A DNA stretch of 64,000 nucleotides from Felis catus (lineage: Eukaryota), in the NCBI RefSeq assembly GCF_018350175.1, contig NC_058368.1:131628001-131692000 (forward strand), read 5' to 3'. Below, piece after piece: positions 1 to 12,076 of this stretch (within the stretch, counting starts at the first letter, position 1; the number at the start of each line of letters is the position of its first letter). The translations under genes were made by a program, and so were the position numbers. The notes under the pieces are model-generated. The model worked only from the letters and a program-made list of their open reading frames with translations, had not been told where the DNA came from and did no database searches.

Positions 1-235
1 GAATGGGAAAAGATACTCCATGTAAATGGAAGTTAAAACAAAAAAGCCAGGTTAGCAATACTTATCACACAAAACAGACTTTAAAACAAAGACTGTAACA
101 GAAGAAAAAGAAGAGCAATACATAATGACAAAGAGATCAATCCACCAAGAAGATATAACAATTATAAATATCTATGTGCCCAACACTGGAGCATCTAAGT
201 ACATAAGGCAAATACTGACAGATATAAAGGTGAAT
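1..235 (+). mobile_element. L1 ORF2 endonuclease-region fragment
   Basis: GACTTTAAAACAAAGACTGTAACA..ATAAATATCTATGTGCCCAACACTGGAGCATCTAAGTACATAAGGCAAATA; parallels 47650-47990 of the long L1. Confidence 0.85.
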
Positions 236-440
236 ATAGGCTTTTAATTCTCTTGGGTAAATGCCTAGGAGTAAAATGCTGGATCATAGGATAGGTACAT
301 GTTTAGCGTGAGTTTTTGTAGCCACAGTTTTTGTAAAGGGACAATACCTATTACCCTCCCCAAATCAATGTGCAGAAATTCTTCTCACCAAAGCTTGATA
401 TTATTTCTCTTTTTCATTTTAGCTTTCCGGTAAGCAGACA
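236..440 (-). mobile_element. Old L1 (L1M) ORF2 3'-end fragment
   Basis: TCTCTTGGGTAAATGCCTAGGAGTAAAATGCTGGATCATAGG is the antisense L1 'YDPAIPLLGIY' region. Confidence 0.7.
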
Positions 441-959
441 TTTTGAAAATCAGGTTTTCTGAGATAATAGACCACAGCTTCTCAGTGTTGGCACACATAG
501 AAATTTCAAAGCTTTCTACCTTAAAAAGCACTTTCCGTCGTTGGCTATTACCCTTCAGTAAACCAAATCCAATATTAAAAACAGGTAAACATAATTCAAG
601 ATGTTTCATGATAAAGAGATAATTTAATTCTCCTTTAAAGTGAGCTAAATTTAAAAAATAAATAAAGTGAGCTAAATTTAATATAATGATTAGGACAATC
701 CTGTCAGAAAGAGTCTCACTGCAAATTATGAAGATATAGGAAGTATTATCATCTAAATGTACTAGTAAGAATCGAGTCACTTAAATGGTGATGGAAATTC
801 TTCACTGATATATCCATTGCAATTTGCATTCTGTATAAGCAGTGAGTTTGGAGATGATGGTTCTGTTTCCACTTCTCATTTTTATTTTAATGAACTATAT
901 TCGAAATCATCATTCACTATGATCAGAATTATAAACTACAGTTTTGAAAGACACTAGCA

Positions 960-1150
960 AGTCTTTGGAGGGGAAATAATGAAATAGAATAACTGCCCAC
1001 TTACAATTAAATACTGATTATTTTGTATTTGACTCCTAATCTTTCTCTCTCTTTCATGCAGTTTTTGTTTGATATCTGAATATCTGAAACTTGACAAAGT
1101 AAATATATGACACTGCAGTCGAGTTATCCTCACAATTTCTTGTTGCATTA
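960..1150 (-). mobile_element. Possible very old L1 endonuclease fragment
   Basis: Minus peptide QQEIVRIT..SDIKQKLHERERKI..LIVSG weakly resembles L1 EN QEDITII..SKYIKQKL..IIVGDF. Confidence 0.35.
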
Positions 1151-1163
1151 AATAAACATTTAT

Positions 1164-1390
1164 GGGGCGCCTGGGTGGCGCAGTCGGTTAAGCGTCCGAC
1201 TTCAGCCAGGTCACGATCTCGCGGTCCGTGGGTTCGAGCCCCGCATCAGGCTCTGGGCTGATGGCTCAGAGCCTGGAGCCTGTTTCCGATTCTGTGTCTC
1301 CCTCTCTCTCTGCCCCTCCCCAGTTCATGCTCTGTCTCTCTCTGTCCCAAAAATAAATAAACGTTGAAAAAAAATATAAAAAAAAAAAAA
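1164..1390 (+). mobile_element. Young CAN-SINE (SINEC_Fc type)
   Basis: GGGGCGCCTGGGTGGCGCAGTCGG head, CT tract, A tail, TSD aaacatttat. Confidence 0.95.
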
Positions 1391-1925
1391 CATTTATTTG
1401 TGTTAATATGACACACAAAATTGGTTGTCAACACCATCACCTAATCATTTCTTTCTTACACGTACCATGGTAAATCTACTATAAAATCTGTTCACACATT
1501 TGCCATAATAAGATGGAATACATATTTAGGTTTAAAACTGAAGGGATAAAAGTATTAGAAAATAATAGAGATACACATTTACATAATTAAGGTTGGGAAA
1601 GGCCTTTCTAAAAATGAACCCAAGCCAGTGACCATCAATAAAATGTTGTATACATTTGCTATGTGAAAATTTTACATTTCTATATGCAAGTGAAATAACC
1701 ACATAGAAACAGATAAATTCAGAATGTGAAATATCTTACTGGACAGCTGACCCAATCTCTTCCAAAAAAGCTAATGTCTTGGGGAAAAAAGGTAAGAGAC
1801 TGTTCTAGAGTAAGAAGAGACAAAGGAGACCTAACACCTTGTATGAGCTTTCACTGACTTTTGGTTTAGAAAAATTGAAAAAGATTTTAGGGACTTTTGA
1901 GAAAATTTGAAAATTTGAATACTCT

Positions 1926-2138
1926 GGGGCGCCTGGGTGGCTCAGTCAGTTAAGCGCCTGACTTTGGCTCAGGTCATGATCTCATGGTTCATGAGTTTGA
2001 GCCCTGCGTCGGGCTCTGTGCTGACAGTTCAGAGCCTGGAGCCTGCTTCCGATTCTGTGGCTCCCTTTCTCTGCTCCTCTCCCACTCGCACTCTCTCTCT
2101 CTCAAAAATAAATAAACATTAAAAAATTATTTTTAAAA
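1926..2138 (+). mobile_element. CAN-SINE
   Basis: tRNA-derived head, CT tract, A-rich tail. Confidence 0.93.
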
Positions 2139-2619
2139 ATATGTTTTCTGTATTAAATAATTACATAATTAATGTATTTATCAATTAATTTCTGTAGCTA
2201 TTTAGCAATTGAAGGACAAACATACTATGAAAAATATTTCAACAAGTGTTTAGAAATAAGTTAATAATTTACTTTTACAAATTAGTACAACAAAAACACT
2301 TGAGGGAAAAAAAAAAGAAAAGAAAAAAACTGAGGACATGAAATCCCAAATCATGAAAGAAGAAATAAAATGATCAGAAAGGTTATGGAAATTTTTCCTA
2401 GTTTGAAGTAAGCAAAGAAATGCAAATTAGAGCCAAAGATTGAAAAAAATTGGGAAATATATATATTGTCAGAAATGGCTGGTACAGGACATAAATTAGT
2501 TTAAGCTTGATGGGCGACTACTTAGCAACATTTATCAAAAGCCTTAAATTTATTCCTCCCTTTCAAGTACCTATTGGTCATGTGTAGGTCCTCTTTTAAG
2601 AAATGTTAGTCATCAGGGA

Positions 2620-2673
2620 CTCTCTCTGTCTCTCAATAATAAATAAACGTTAAAAAAATTTTTTTAAATAAAA
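2620..2673 (+). mobile_element. Severely 5'-truncated CAN-SINE (tail only)
   Basis: CTCTCTCTGTCTCTCAATAATAAATAAACGTTAAAAAAA flanked by a perfect 22-bp duplication. Confidence 0.85.
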
Positions 2674-2763
2674 AAGAAATGTTAGTCATCAGGGAAATGC
2701 AAACCCAAGCCACAATAAGGTATTATCTCACACCTGTGAGGATGCCTATTAACAAAAAGACAA

Positions 2764-2986
2764 GGGGCACCTGGGTGGCTTGGTTGGTTAAGCGTCTGAC
2801 TTCCGCTCAGGTCATGATCTCACTGTTCCTGGGTTCAAACCCCGCGTTGGGCTCTGTGCTGACAGCTCAGACCCTGGACCCTGCTTTGGATTCTGTGTCT
2901 CTCTCTTGCTCTACTCCTCTCTCTCTCTCTCAAAAATAAGTAAACTTTAAAAAAATTTTTTTAATAAAATAAAAGATAAAAAACCC
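2764..2986 (+). mobile_element. CAN-SINE inserted in L1
   Basis: Full head, CT tract and tail; TSD caaaaagacaa. Confidence 0.93.
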
Positions 2987-3602
2987 CAAAAAGACAAAAG
3001 GTAACAAGTGCTGATGAGGATGTGGAGAAAGAAAACCCTCTGCATTGTTAGTGGGAATGTAAATTTGTGCTTCATTATGGAAAATAGTATGGAGATTCTT
3101 CAAAAAACTAAAAAACAGAGCTACCATATGATCCAGCAGTCCCCCTTACGGGGGGGACTTTGAGATACTGGTATCTCAAAGAAACATCTGCACTCCATTC
3201 ATTGCAGCATTACTCCTAATAGCTGAGATGTGGAAACAACCTAAGTGTCCTTGGATGGGTGAATGGATAAAGAAAATATGGTATACATACAAAATGGAAT
3301 ATTATCCAGCATTAACATGAAGAAAATCTTGTCATGTGCAATGACATGGGTGAATCTAGAGAACATTATGCTAAGTAAAATAAGCCACACACAGAAAGAC
3401 AAATACTGCATGATCTCATTTACATTTGGAAGCTAAAAAAGTCAAATTCATAAAAGGAGAGAATAGAATGGTGGTTGCCAGGGGTTGAGGTAGGGGAAAT
3501 GGGAAGATGGGTCAAACGGTATGACGTTTCATTTATGCAGGATGAATGAGTTCAGAAGAACAAATGTACAGCATGGTGACTACCATTAATAATACTGTTT
3601 TA

Positions 3603-3823
3603 GGGGCGCCTGGGTGGCGCAGTTGGTTAAGCGTCCGACTTCAGCCAGGTCACGATCTCGCGGTCCGTGAGTTCGAGCCCCGCGTCAGGCTCTGGGCTGA
3701 TGGCTCGGAGCCTGGAGCCTGTTTCCGATTCTGTGTCTCCCTCTCTCTCTGCCCCTCCCCCATTCATGCTCTGTCTCTCTCTGTCCCAAAAATAATAAAA
3801 AAAATAAAAAAAATAAAAAAAAT
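3603..3823 (+). mobile_element. Young CAN-SINE inserted in the L1 3'UTR
   Basis: Perfect 15-bp TSD aataatactgtttta (3588-3602 / 3824-3838). Confidence 0.95.
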
Positions 3824-3874
3824 AATAATACTGTTTTATATACTTGAAATTTGCTAAGAGAGTAGATCTTCCCA

Positions 3875-3876
<2 letters not shown>

Positions 3877-3917
<41 letters not shown>
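3877..3917. repeat. (CA)n microsatellite
   Basis: About 20 CA units. Confidence 0.95.
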
Positions 3918-3919
<2 letters not shown>

Positions 3920-4944
3920 TGGTAACTATGCAAGGTGATGGATATGTAAACTAGCTTGAATTGATTGTGGTCATCATTTCATAAATGTATACATATATCA
4001 AAACATCACATTGTACACCTTAAATAAAAACAGTTTTTGTCAATTATACCTCAATAAAGCTTCTTAAAAATATTCCTACCCTTGCAGGGGAAATCTCAGT
4101 TGTAGTAATTTATCCTAAGGAAATAACTGTGCATTTTGCAAGGACTTAAGAATATAAGTTTTCCATACAGTGGAATTCTGTAGGTGTACTAACATGGAGA
4201 AGTTCACGATGTACCATTATTCTAAAAGCGGGTTACAAAATACTATTTATGACATGATCTCACTCATTCTAAACTTGCGAGGTTTATACATTATATATTT
4301 ACTTAAGAAAACACCTGAAAAATACAACGAATGTCAATTATTACTATGTGGGATTATAGGTAACTTTTTTGTCTTCTTTATTCTAAAATTACTTTCCAAA
4401 TATTCTATGAGCATGTATTCATTCCCTATTAAGTGGGGGGAGGGATGTTACCTTCAAAAGAAAGCAGTCCATTTGGAGCTTTGCTAGTCTTTTGAGATTT
4501 TTTTTTCCTACTTCCTTTTGCCACACAGAAAAGTGCTCAGGACCAACCTGATTGTAGCCTCTGCTGTATTTCTGTCCGACTTAAATCTATCAAGAAATAT
4601 GAAGTACTTTCCCACATGTTATCTATCCTAAACCCTATGAAGGCACTTGAAATAAATCTGATCTCTTCCTTTTATAATTAAGCAAAGAGAAGATCACAGA
4701 AATGAAATGACTCTTTTCCCTCAGTCGGAGGGGAGTGGTGGTGAGTGGGGTACCAGGGCTCCAGGCTTTTCCACAGACCCTCAGGAGTGGTTTTCCAAAC
4801 AGCGGTGAGGTACATCATGCTAACAAAGCCAATCATGCCTGATTTGTTGTCCTCAGGGATTGATACTATTTACTGAATACCACCCCGAATCAAACCTAAA
4901 TTCTGCTTTTTAAGTGAATTTCATAAATAAAATAATTTTTACTA

Positions 4945-5650
4945 AATGTTTTCTTTAGAAATAATTTCAGACTTACAAAAAGGGTGCAGAAATAAAGCTT
5001 GTGCAAATACCTACCTACCTACTGTAAATATTTTATTCACTTATTACAAATATTTTAACCCTATTTGCTTTATCACTTGCCATATATATATAATTAAATA
5101 TATGATTATTTTTCTAAATCATTGAAGGGTAAGTTGAATCCATCATGGCTCTTGACACCTAAATATTTAAGTGGACATTTCCTAAGAATAGGGATAGTGT
5201 ATTACATAACCATAGTACAGATATCAACATCATAAATGTACATGGAAATAATAATCATGTAATCTATCCATATTCCGTATTTGTCAGTTGACCTCAGTAA
5301 CTGTTGTTTATAGCATTTTTGCCTGAAATTTTCAGTACAGCCTTTAATTTAGGTCAGGTATTGCACTTAAGTGTTATGACTATTTTTTTAATGTTTATTT
5401 ATTTATTTTGAGGGGGTCAGGGGCAGAGAGAGAGGGAAAGAGACCATCCCAAGAAGGCTCCGCTGTCAGTGCAGAGCCTGATACGGGGCTCGATCTCAGA
5501 ACCATGAGATCATACCCTGAGCCAAAATCAAGAGTAGGATGCTCACCAACTGAGCCACCCAGGTACCCCATGTATGACTCTTTAGCTTCTATTAATCTGG
5601 GCTATTTCTATAGAATTTTTTTTTTTAATCTTTTACACATTTTTGAAAAA
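4945..5650 (-). mobile_element. L1MC-like 3' end, interrupted by a SINE
   Basis: AAATAATTTCAGACTTACAAAAA..TTCCTAAGAATAGGGAT..ACATAACCATAGTACA pattern. Confidence 0.6.
5381..5569 (-). mobile_element. CAN-SINE (older), antisense
   Basis: Reverse head TGAGCCACCCAGGTACCCC with T-rich tail upstream. Confidence 0.9.
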
Positions 5651-5663
5651 AAGCAGCCCTCCC

Positions 5664-5887
5664 TTTTTTTATTTAATTTTTTTTTTAACATTTATTTATT
5701 TTTGAGACAGAGAGAGACAGAGCATGAACGGGGGAGGGTCAGAGAGAGGGAGACACAGAATCTGAAACAGGCTCCAGGCTCTGAGCTGTCAGCACAGAGC
5801 CCGATGCGGGGCTCGAACTCACAGACTGCGAGATCATGACCTGAGCTGAAGTCGGCAGCCCAACCGACTGAGCCACCCAGGTGCCCC
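5664..5887 (-). mobile_element. CAN-SINE, antisense
   Basis: TSD cagccctc(c/t)cttttt. Confidence 0.93.
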
Positions 5888-5910
5888 CAGCCCTCTCTTT
5901 TTAACAGAAC

Positions 5911-6283
5911 TCTTAGTCTTCTGTAGCTGCCATAAAAAGGTGTCATAGAAGGGTTCTGAGACAAGAAATTGATTCTCACAGCTCTGGAGGGTGGAAGTCC
6001 AAGATCAAAATCCCACAATGGTTGGGTTCTGGTGAGGGCCCTTTTCCTGGCTAATATATGGCTCCCTTCTCACTGTGTCCTTACATGGCAGAGAGGAAGA
6101 GAGAATAGGCTCTCCGCTGGCTTTTCAATTCAGGGCACAAATGTAGACCAAGGAAGGCACTGCCCTCAGGACCTCATCTAATTTGACTAACCTCCCAAAA
6201 GCCATATCTTCAAATACCATCACACTGGGTGTTGGGTCTTCAACATATCAATTTTGAGGGGACACATACATCTAGTCCATAAT
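5911..6283 (-). mobile_element. MaLR solo LTR (MLT1A/B-like)
   Basis: ATTCTCACAGCTCTGGAGG..GAAGTCCAAGATCAA..TTCAACATATCAATTTTGAGGGGACACA. Confidence 0.8.
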
Positions 6284-6347
6284 ATAGAACATTCCTCATT
6301 TTGTAAAGCAAATGCATTTTTAGATATATTAGAAATGAAATAAACTA

Positions 6348-6560
6348 GGTGCACCTGGTTGGTTGAGTATCTCGGTTGAGTATCTGACTTTGGGTCAGGT
6401 CATGATCTTGTGGTTTGTGTGTTCGAGCCGCGTGTCACGCTCTGTGCTGACAGCTCGGAGCCTGGAGCCTACTTCATATCCTGTGTCTCTATCTATCCCT
6501 CCCCCACTCGCACTCTCTCTCTCAAAAATAAATGAATAAACACTAAAAAAAATTTTTTTA
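6348..6560 (+). mobile_element. CAN-SINE
   Basis: Decayed head, CT tract and tail; TSD gaaatgaaat. Confidence 0.9.
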
Positions 6561-7126
6561 TGAAATGAAATGGCCTAAACCTATAAAATAGTATTTTCTA
6601 AAGCCATTAAACCAGAATAAAGTCATAGCAGCAATTTCCCAAATTGAGTGCTCACTGAGCTGATATTTTATTTTGTTGAAACCCCAGTCGTTACCACCTA
6701 GTCTCTGTATTGGGCTTTCTATTTATGTGTCACCCTCATTCAAGAATGTGCCCCCTTCTGCCAACACAGTATTAAAATAGAAAAAGATTACTCTCTACAG
6801 AAACACACTGTGTCTCAAGGATTTTTATGGAAGTCAGGCTATATCAGAACCATAGAATGTGCTTCAATTCATTTTTAGACATCAAGTATTCAGAAAAAGT
6901 ATTTCAGATCAGCACTTGGCTAATAAGAACAAAGGGATTTTTTCATGCAACTCCTGATCTTTTTTTTTTAAGTCATTGTAATACAGTATGTTTCTTCTGT
7001 ACTTTGTTGAAATATTGCATGTTGATTTCTCTTCTCATTATGTTAAGCGGTTATTAATATTGAATTAATTAGCCCATTATATGTTAGTATACTGTTGTTT
7101 ACTGTTAACCTAAAATCTTTCACTTT

Positions 7127-7349
7127 GGGGGTGCCTGGGTGGCTCAGTCAGTTGAGCATCCAACTCTTCATTCCAGCTCAGGTCATGATCTCTCAGTTTG
7201 TGGGACTGAGCCCCACTTTGGGCTCCACCCTGACAGTGCAGAGCCTGCTTGGGATTCTCTCTCTCCTGCTCTCTCTCTGCCCCTCTCCTGCTTGTGCTCT
7301 TTCTCTCTCTCTCTCAAAATAAATACATAAACATGAAAAATAAAACCAT
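7127..7349 (+). mobile_element. CAN-SINE
   Basis: TSD taaaatcttt(c/t)acttt. Confidence 0.92.
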
Positions 7350-8592
7350 TAAAATCTTTTACTTTTTAAATTTTAAGACAGTTTTTCTAGTATTCCAATT
7401 AGGTATCATCTCGTTCAAATGTACTTTCTTTTAGAAATGTATTTGCTAACCTGACATCCTTAGATTAAGCTTATCAGTGAACCCCAAACAGTACCCAACT
7501 CCATGTTTGAGACCTTACAAACTTGACCCATCCTCGTTAATTAGAATCTGGGTATGAACCTTTTTTCAAATAGTTTTGAAAAATTAAAGCATCCCTTTAT
7601 CTCTTATCTACAAAATTCCGTTTCCTTACTTTCAAGGTATATTCTAAAACAAATTACCCCAACATTCAATAAAATGTGCTTCATGGTGATCAAAAAATGT
7701 TGATAATGTGGTCTAATGTAAGCAATCCAGATACATTTACCCAATAAAAAAGTTTCCAAAATGATATGTTAAAATGTACACATTAAGAAAAATTCCTATT
7801 TTTTTAACTCCCTTTTTTCTATTAACTGTGATTATTTCTTTCAAAGGCAGTAATATTATCTGAACATCTTTCTAAAATCATCCAGTTTTTAGGCTATATT
7901 TGCTACCTCTGACATTTGCTTGATTATTTAGCCTTTCAAGGAGGATATGTGTTACTGCATATCCTTTTTTTTTTTTTTTCTGTCTTTGCTAATTTCTCAA
8001 CAAAGCAGAATTTTTTGTTTTTATAAAACAAAAGTTTTGGAATAAAAATGACCCAATATACCTAACATATATTCACTTTTAATTTCTTCTACATGGGAAG
8101 CAATTATTTGACCTGATTTGACATAATCTGGAAATAGAATTTGTTCTTTGTGCTCCACATCGACTCCTAACACCTGCTTCTGAATTCAAATTGAGGGTTT
8201 TCTGGACTTTTAAATGTTGCTTTCTTCTTTCATTGATGTGCATGAACCATTTCATTTACTCGGAGGCTTTTGATTCTGTTTTGAAACAACATGGTCATGG
8301 TACAGTTGTAAATGCTCAGATAATCTGAAATCAGAATTTTTTATTTCATGGTCTTGTATGATCCAAAGGAAAATAAATAATCAAGATTTAACTTTTTTTC
8401 CTCTCTTAATGATAGTTTCTGTGGAATAAACCATATCAGATTCACACCTGCAATCTGTAATACTTTAAGCCAGTCCTTTTATTAAGGAATTTCTGGCGTA
8501 TTTGTGTTTTAGCCTATTTATCTTTTCTTTTCTTTTTGGAGCTTCATTGTTAATCTCACAAATGACCTAATATTGTTTGAATTTGTTACTGT

Positions 8593-8680
8593 TTCCTTCC
8601 TTCCTTCCTTCCTTCCTTCCTTCCTTCCTTCCTTCCTTCCTTCCTTCCTTCCTTCTTTACTTTATTCCCCCCCCCCCCCC
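8593..8680. repeat. (TTCC)n tetranucleotide repeat followed by a poly-C run
   Basis: About 15 TTCC units, then C14. Confidence 0.95.
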
Positions 8681-8714
8681 AAACAGCAGGCACACAGCAT
8701 GCCTGCATTCAGTG

Positions 8715-8920
8715 TTTAGTGTAGTCAGTATTAAAAGCCTGGACTTTCGAGGCAGTATTCCAGTCCCAGCTTAATAGTTCTGTGATCCATGTGAAAGTAA
8801 CCCATCCTCATCTTTCTCCATCTTTAAAATATCAAGGATATCTACATCAGAGAGTCTGTGTCAGATTGGGCAGGATAATTTGTGTGTTTCACTTCTGGCC
8901 ATACACTTGGTTAGAAAACT
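8715..8920 (+). mobile_element. MIR
   Basis: Degenerate MIR body (..CCCAGCTT..TGTGA..CTCATCTTTCTCCATCTTTAAAAT). Confidence 0.55.
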
Positions 8921-9037
8921 CTAAGGGCATACAAGACAACTAAGTTGTGTAAGCTACAACAAGCAAACACCCTTTTAAATGTGTAACTCATCTTGTAGGA
9001 AAGAGAAGTCCCTAAAGTCAAACATGAAGGGGGAATA

Positions 9038-9213
9038 GGGGCACCTGGGTGGCTCATCGGTTAAGTGTCCGACTTCAGCTCCAGTCATGATCTCACAGTT
9101 GGTGGGTTTGAGCCCTGCATTGGGCTCTGTGCTGACAGCTCAAAGCCTGGAGCCTGCTTCAGATTCTGTGTCTTCCTCTCTTTCTGCCCCCTCCCCCTCT
9201 GGCACTCCATTTC

Positions 9214-9267
<54 letters not shown>

Positions 9268-9289
9268 AAATATTTAAAAAAAATTTTAC
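9038..9289 (+). mobile_element. CAN-SINE with expanded (CT)n
   Basis: TSD tgaag(g/a)gggaata. Confidence 0.93.
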
Positions 9290-9429
9290 TGAAGAGGGAA
9301 TAAAAAGCCAAGTGGTAGGCAGCATGGACTGATCCAATGGCTTCCCTGAAGGAATTTGCTGGCTCCATTACTGGTGAGCTTCCAGTCGGAAGGCCATGTG
9401 GGGACAGGAATTAGAGGTGAGATACTCCC

Positions 9430-9831
9430 ATGAAGTCATGTGCTGGCTGGCTGTTCCTTGCCCCTGCAGATCGACTTTTCACCCACCTCCACTGGGCTCC
9501 CTTCTCCTCTGGCTTCCAGCTGGGCTTAGCCAATAAGGAAGGAGTTGGGAAGGAAGGAGAAGAGTGAGGTCATCATATTTATTTTCCTGTTTCCCTCCCT
9601 GTGCAATCCCTTTGAAGTGGTTACGTCCCATGGGTGTCCGACATATACAACTCTCTCCCCTTGGGTCCCAGGAACATCTCTCTGCCCTCGTTCCTCAGAG
9701 TGGTGACAGCACCATGTGACCAGCTTCAAGTTGCTGTGACTCCCATTTGCTCCTCATACCTTTGCAATAAGGAATATGTAAAGAAATACTCCTCAAACCA
9801 TCCACTGGTTTTCTGGTTGAGCTTCTGATAC
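9430..9831 (+). mobile_element. ERVL solo LTR (LTR33-like)
   Basis: CTCTGGCTTCCAGCTGGGCTTAGCCAAT..GAGAGTGAGGTC..ATTTATT..CCCTCCCTG, ending CTGATACA. Confidence 0.6.
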
Positions 9832-10131
9832 AAACCAAGAATTTCAAAGGGCTACATGTTTAGTGAAAAGGGAATCCAGGGGAAATGTACAACCAGCACA
9901 AAGAGATCACTTGCTTGATTTGGCCTTCTAAGAAATTATAACCATGCTTTACCCTGCCATTGTAGCTCAATAGCAACACATCTCAGATATCTACAGAGAA
10001 AGTCCTGCTGAATATGAGGTCACAAGCTTAAATTGTGAAACACACAAGGAAAGAATCTTGCAAAGGTGCAAGAGACATGGAAAATACTAGGATTGAATTC
10101 TCCAAGAGCCTTAGTTAACAGCATTGCCTGA

Positions 10132-10344
10132 GGCGCCTGGGTGGCTCAGTCAGGTAAGTGTGCTGACTTTGGCCGCGATCTAGCGGTTCATGAGTTCAAG
10201 CCCTGCATCAGGCTCTGTGCTAATCACTTAGAGCCTGGAGCCTGCTTCAGATTCTGTGTCTCCCTCTCCCTCTGCCCTTCCCATGCTCAGACTCTGTCTC
10301 TCCCTGTCTCAAAAATAAATAAACATTAAAAAAAATTTTTTTAA
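10132..10344 (+). mobile_element. CAN-SINE
   Basis: TSD agcattgcctga. Confidence 0.93.
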
Positions 10345-11109
10345 AGCATTGCCTGATAATGACTTAGAGGAAGGGTGTCTTAAATTTCAAAGACACAGAA
10401 GACTTGAAAACATGAGAACAAATAGAGTATGTAAAAACACCAAGCACGCCTGGAGAAGAACTCAAAAAATTTTCAGAAAGGAAAAACATATAACCATTAA
10501 AAATAAAAGAGGCACTCAGTAAATGGGCGATAAATCTTGCTACACCTCTCAGTGGACTCTTCCCTTATGACCTGAATGAGCAATTTGTATTTTACAAACA
10601 TTGTTGTCTGTGCTACTCAATGCAATGCAGTGTTTGCATGTTTCTTTTGTTTTAATAGTAGTTTGGTTTTTATCTAGTTGCGCCCGTTGGTCTCACCTAA
10701 AGTTGTTTTAACCTTCAAACAAAAAGCTGGAAGTAAAAATGCAGACATATTTTCATGCATTTCGAAAAATACAATGGGAAAAAATTGTTCTGAAGTTTTA
10801 GAGGATACAAACTAAAAGAAATCAAGGAGTGTATAAAATTGCTAGGAAGCAGCACCAGAAGAAAAAAGATAAATATTACCTGGGATTTAGAGCAGAGACT
10901 TTAGCTGAAAATAGGCAATGGGTATGGACAGACAGTTGGCAGAAGCAAACATGAGGGAAAATAGTCAACTCTGCTCGTGGTTGAAAAAAAACACATGGAA
11001 ATATAGAATTGTACGCACTATAAATTAGCAAAATGTCAAAAAAATGAATACAGCCTGTTCTGGTAATTCTATGTTAAAATTGGCCTACGTATATATTTCT
11101 AGAGACACA

Positions 11110-11258
11110 GAAATTTAAACTTACATAATTAAAATAAAAACCACAGTTCCTTAGTCACAGTAGCCGATTTCAAGCGCTCAATAGCCACATGAAACTAGGA
11201 GCTATCATACCTTTCAGCACAGAATGTTTCCATTAGCACAGGAAATGCTATTGAACTG
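11110..11258 (-). mobile_element. MER3-like hAT DNA transposon fragment
   Basis: CAGTTCCTTAGTCACAGTAGCC..TTTCAAGCGCTCAATAGCCACATG. Confidence 0.7.
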
Positions 11259-11579
11259 GAGTCTGGAGGATAGACACAGGAGTGGTAGATCTTAAAGATG
11301 CACAGCTCTCATAGTACTTGACATTTCAAGTTGCTCTCCATTGCTTTTATCGGTTGATCTTTGCATTGATACGTTACCCAATGTCCTCTTAAACACTTGG
11401 CATTTTCAGACCTATTTTTCTAATCTAATGGAATGAAATAATATATCTCGCTGATTTAAAAAATTTGCATTTTCCTGATTACTAATTAGGCCAAGTATTT
11501 TTTCACGTATTTATTAGCCTTTCATATTTCCTCTTCCGTGATTTGCTATTTTTTTCCTCCACATTACCACGCTGAAATT

Positions 11580-11803
11580 TTTTTTTTTTAATTTTTTTTT
11601 CAACGTTTGTTTATTTTTGGGACAGAGAGAGACAGAGCATGAACGGGGGAGGGGCAGAGAGAGAGGGAGACACAGAATCGGAAACAGGCTCCAGGCTCTG
11701 AGCCTTCAGCCCAGAGCCTGACGCGGGGCTCGAACTCACAGACGGCGAGATCGTGACCTGGTTGAAGTCGGACACTTAACCGACTGCGCCACCCAGGCGC
11801 CCC
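11580..11803 (-). mobile_element. Young CAN-SINE, antisense
   Basis: Ends CCGACTGCGCCACCCAGGCGCCCC; TSD cg(c/t)tgaaatt. Confidence 0.95.
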
Positions 11804-12017
11804 TCGTTGAAATTATTTAAAATGGGAAAATGTTTATGATATAGTGATAAGTTTAAAAAAAAAAAAAAGAACAAGCTTTTATTCTTTGTTTTCTAAGTCT
11901 TCCTCTTAGCTCTACGTAGACAGAGTGGTTATTTTTCTTTATCCCTGCTATTATTTTTATTTGACATTATTCCTTTCTGGTAGAACACTGTGTGCTTGAC
12001 CCAAAAAAAAAAATTTT

Positions 12018-12076
12018 GTGTTTGTGTGTGTGTGTGTGTGCCTGTCTGTGTCTGTGTGAATGTATGCGTGTGTGTA
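12018..12076. repeat. Imperfect (TG)n
   Basis: Visible directly. Confidence 0.85.

Larger units (their letters stand above)
2563..4065 (+). mobile_element. 5'-truncated, 5'-inverted L1 (ORF2 end plus 3'UTR; L1MA/L1_Carn-like)
   Basis: Sense L1 from TAGTCATCAGGGAAATGCAAA to CTCAATAAAG, an antisense piece at 2563-2606, and decayed TSD tattcct(a)ccctt. Confidence 0.85.
2330..4430 (+). mobile_element. Ancient L1ME-like 3' ORF2 fragment split by a younger L1
   Basis: ..TTTATCAAAAGCCTTAAA TATTCCTCCCTT | ..TAATTTATCCTAAGGAAATAA is continuous across the 2563-4065 insertion. Confidence 0.6.
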
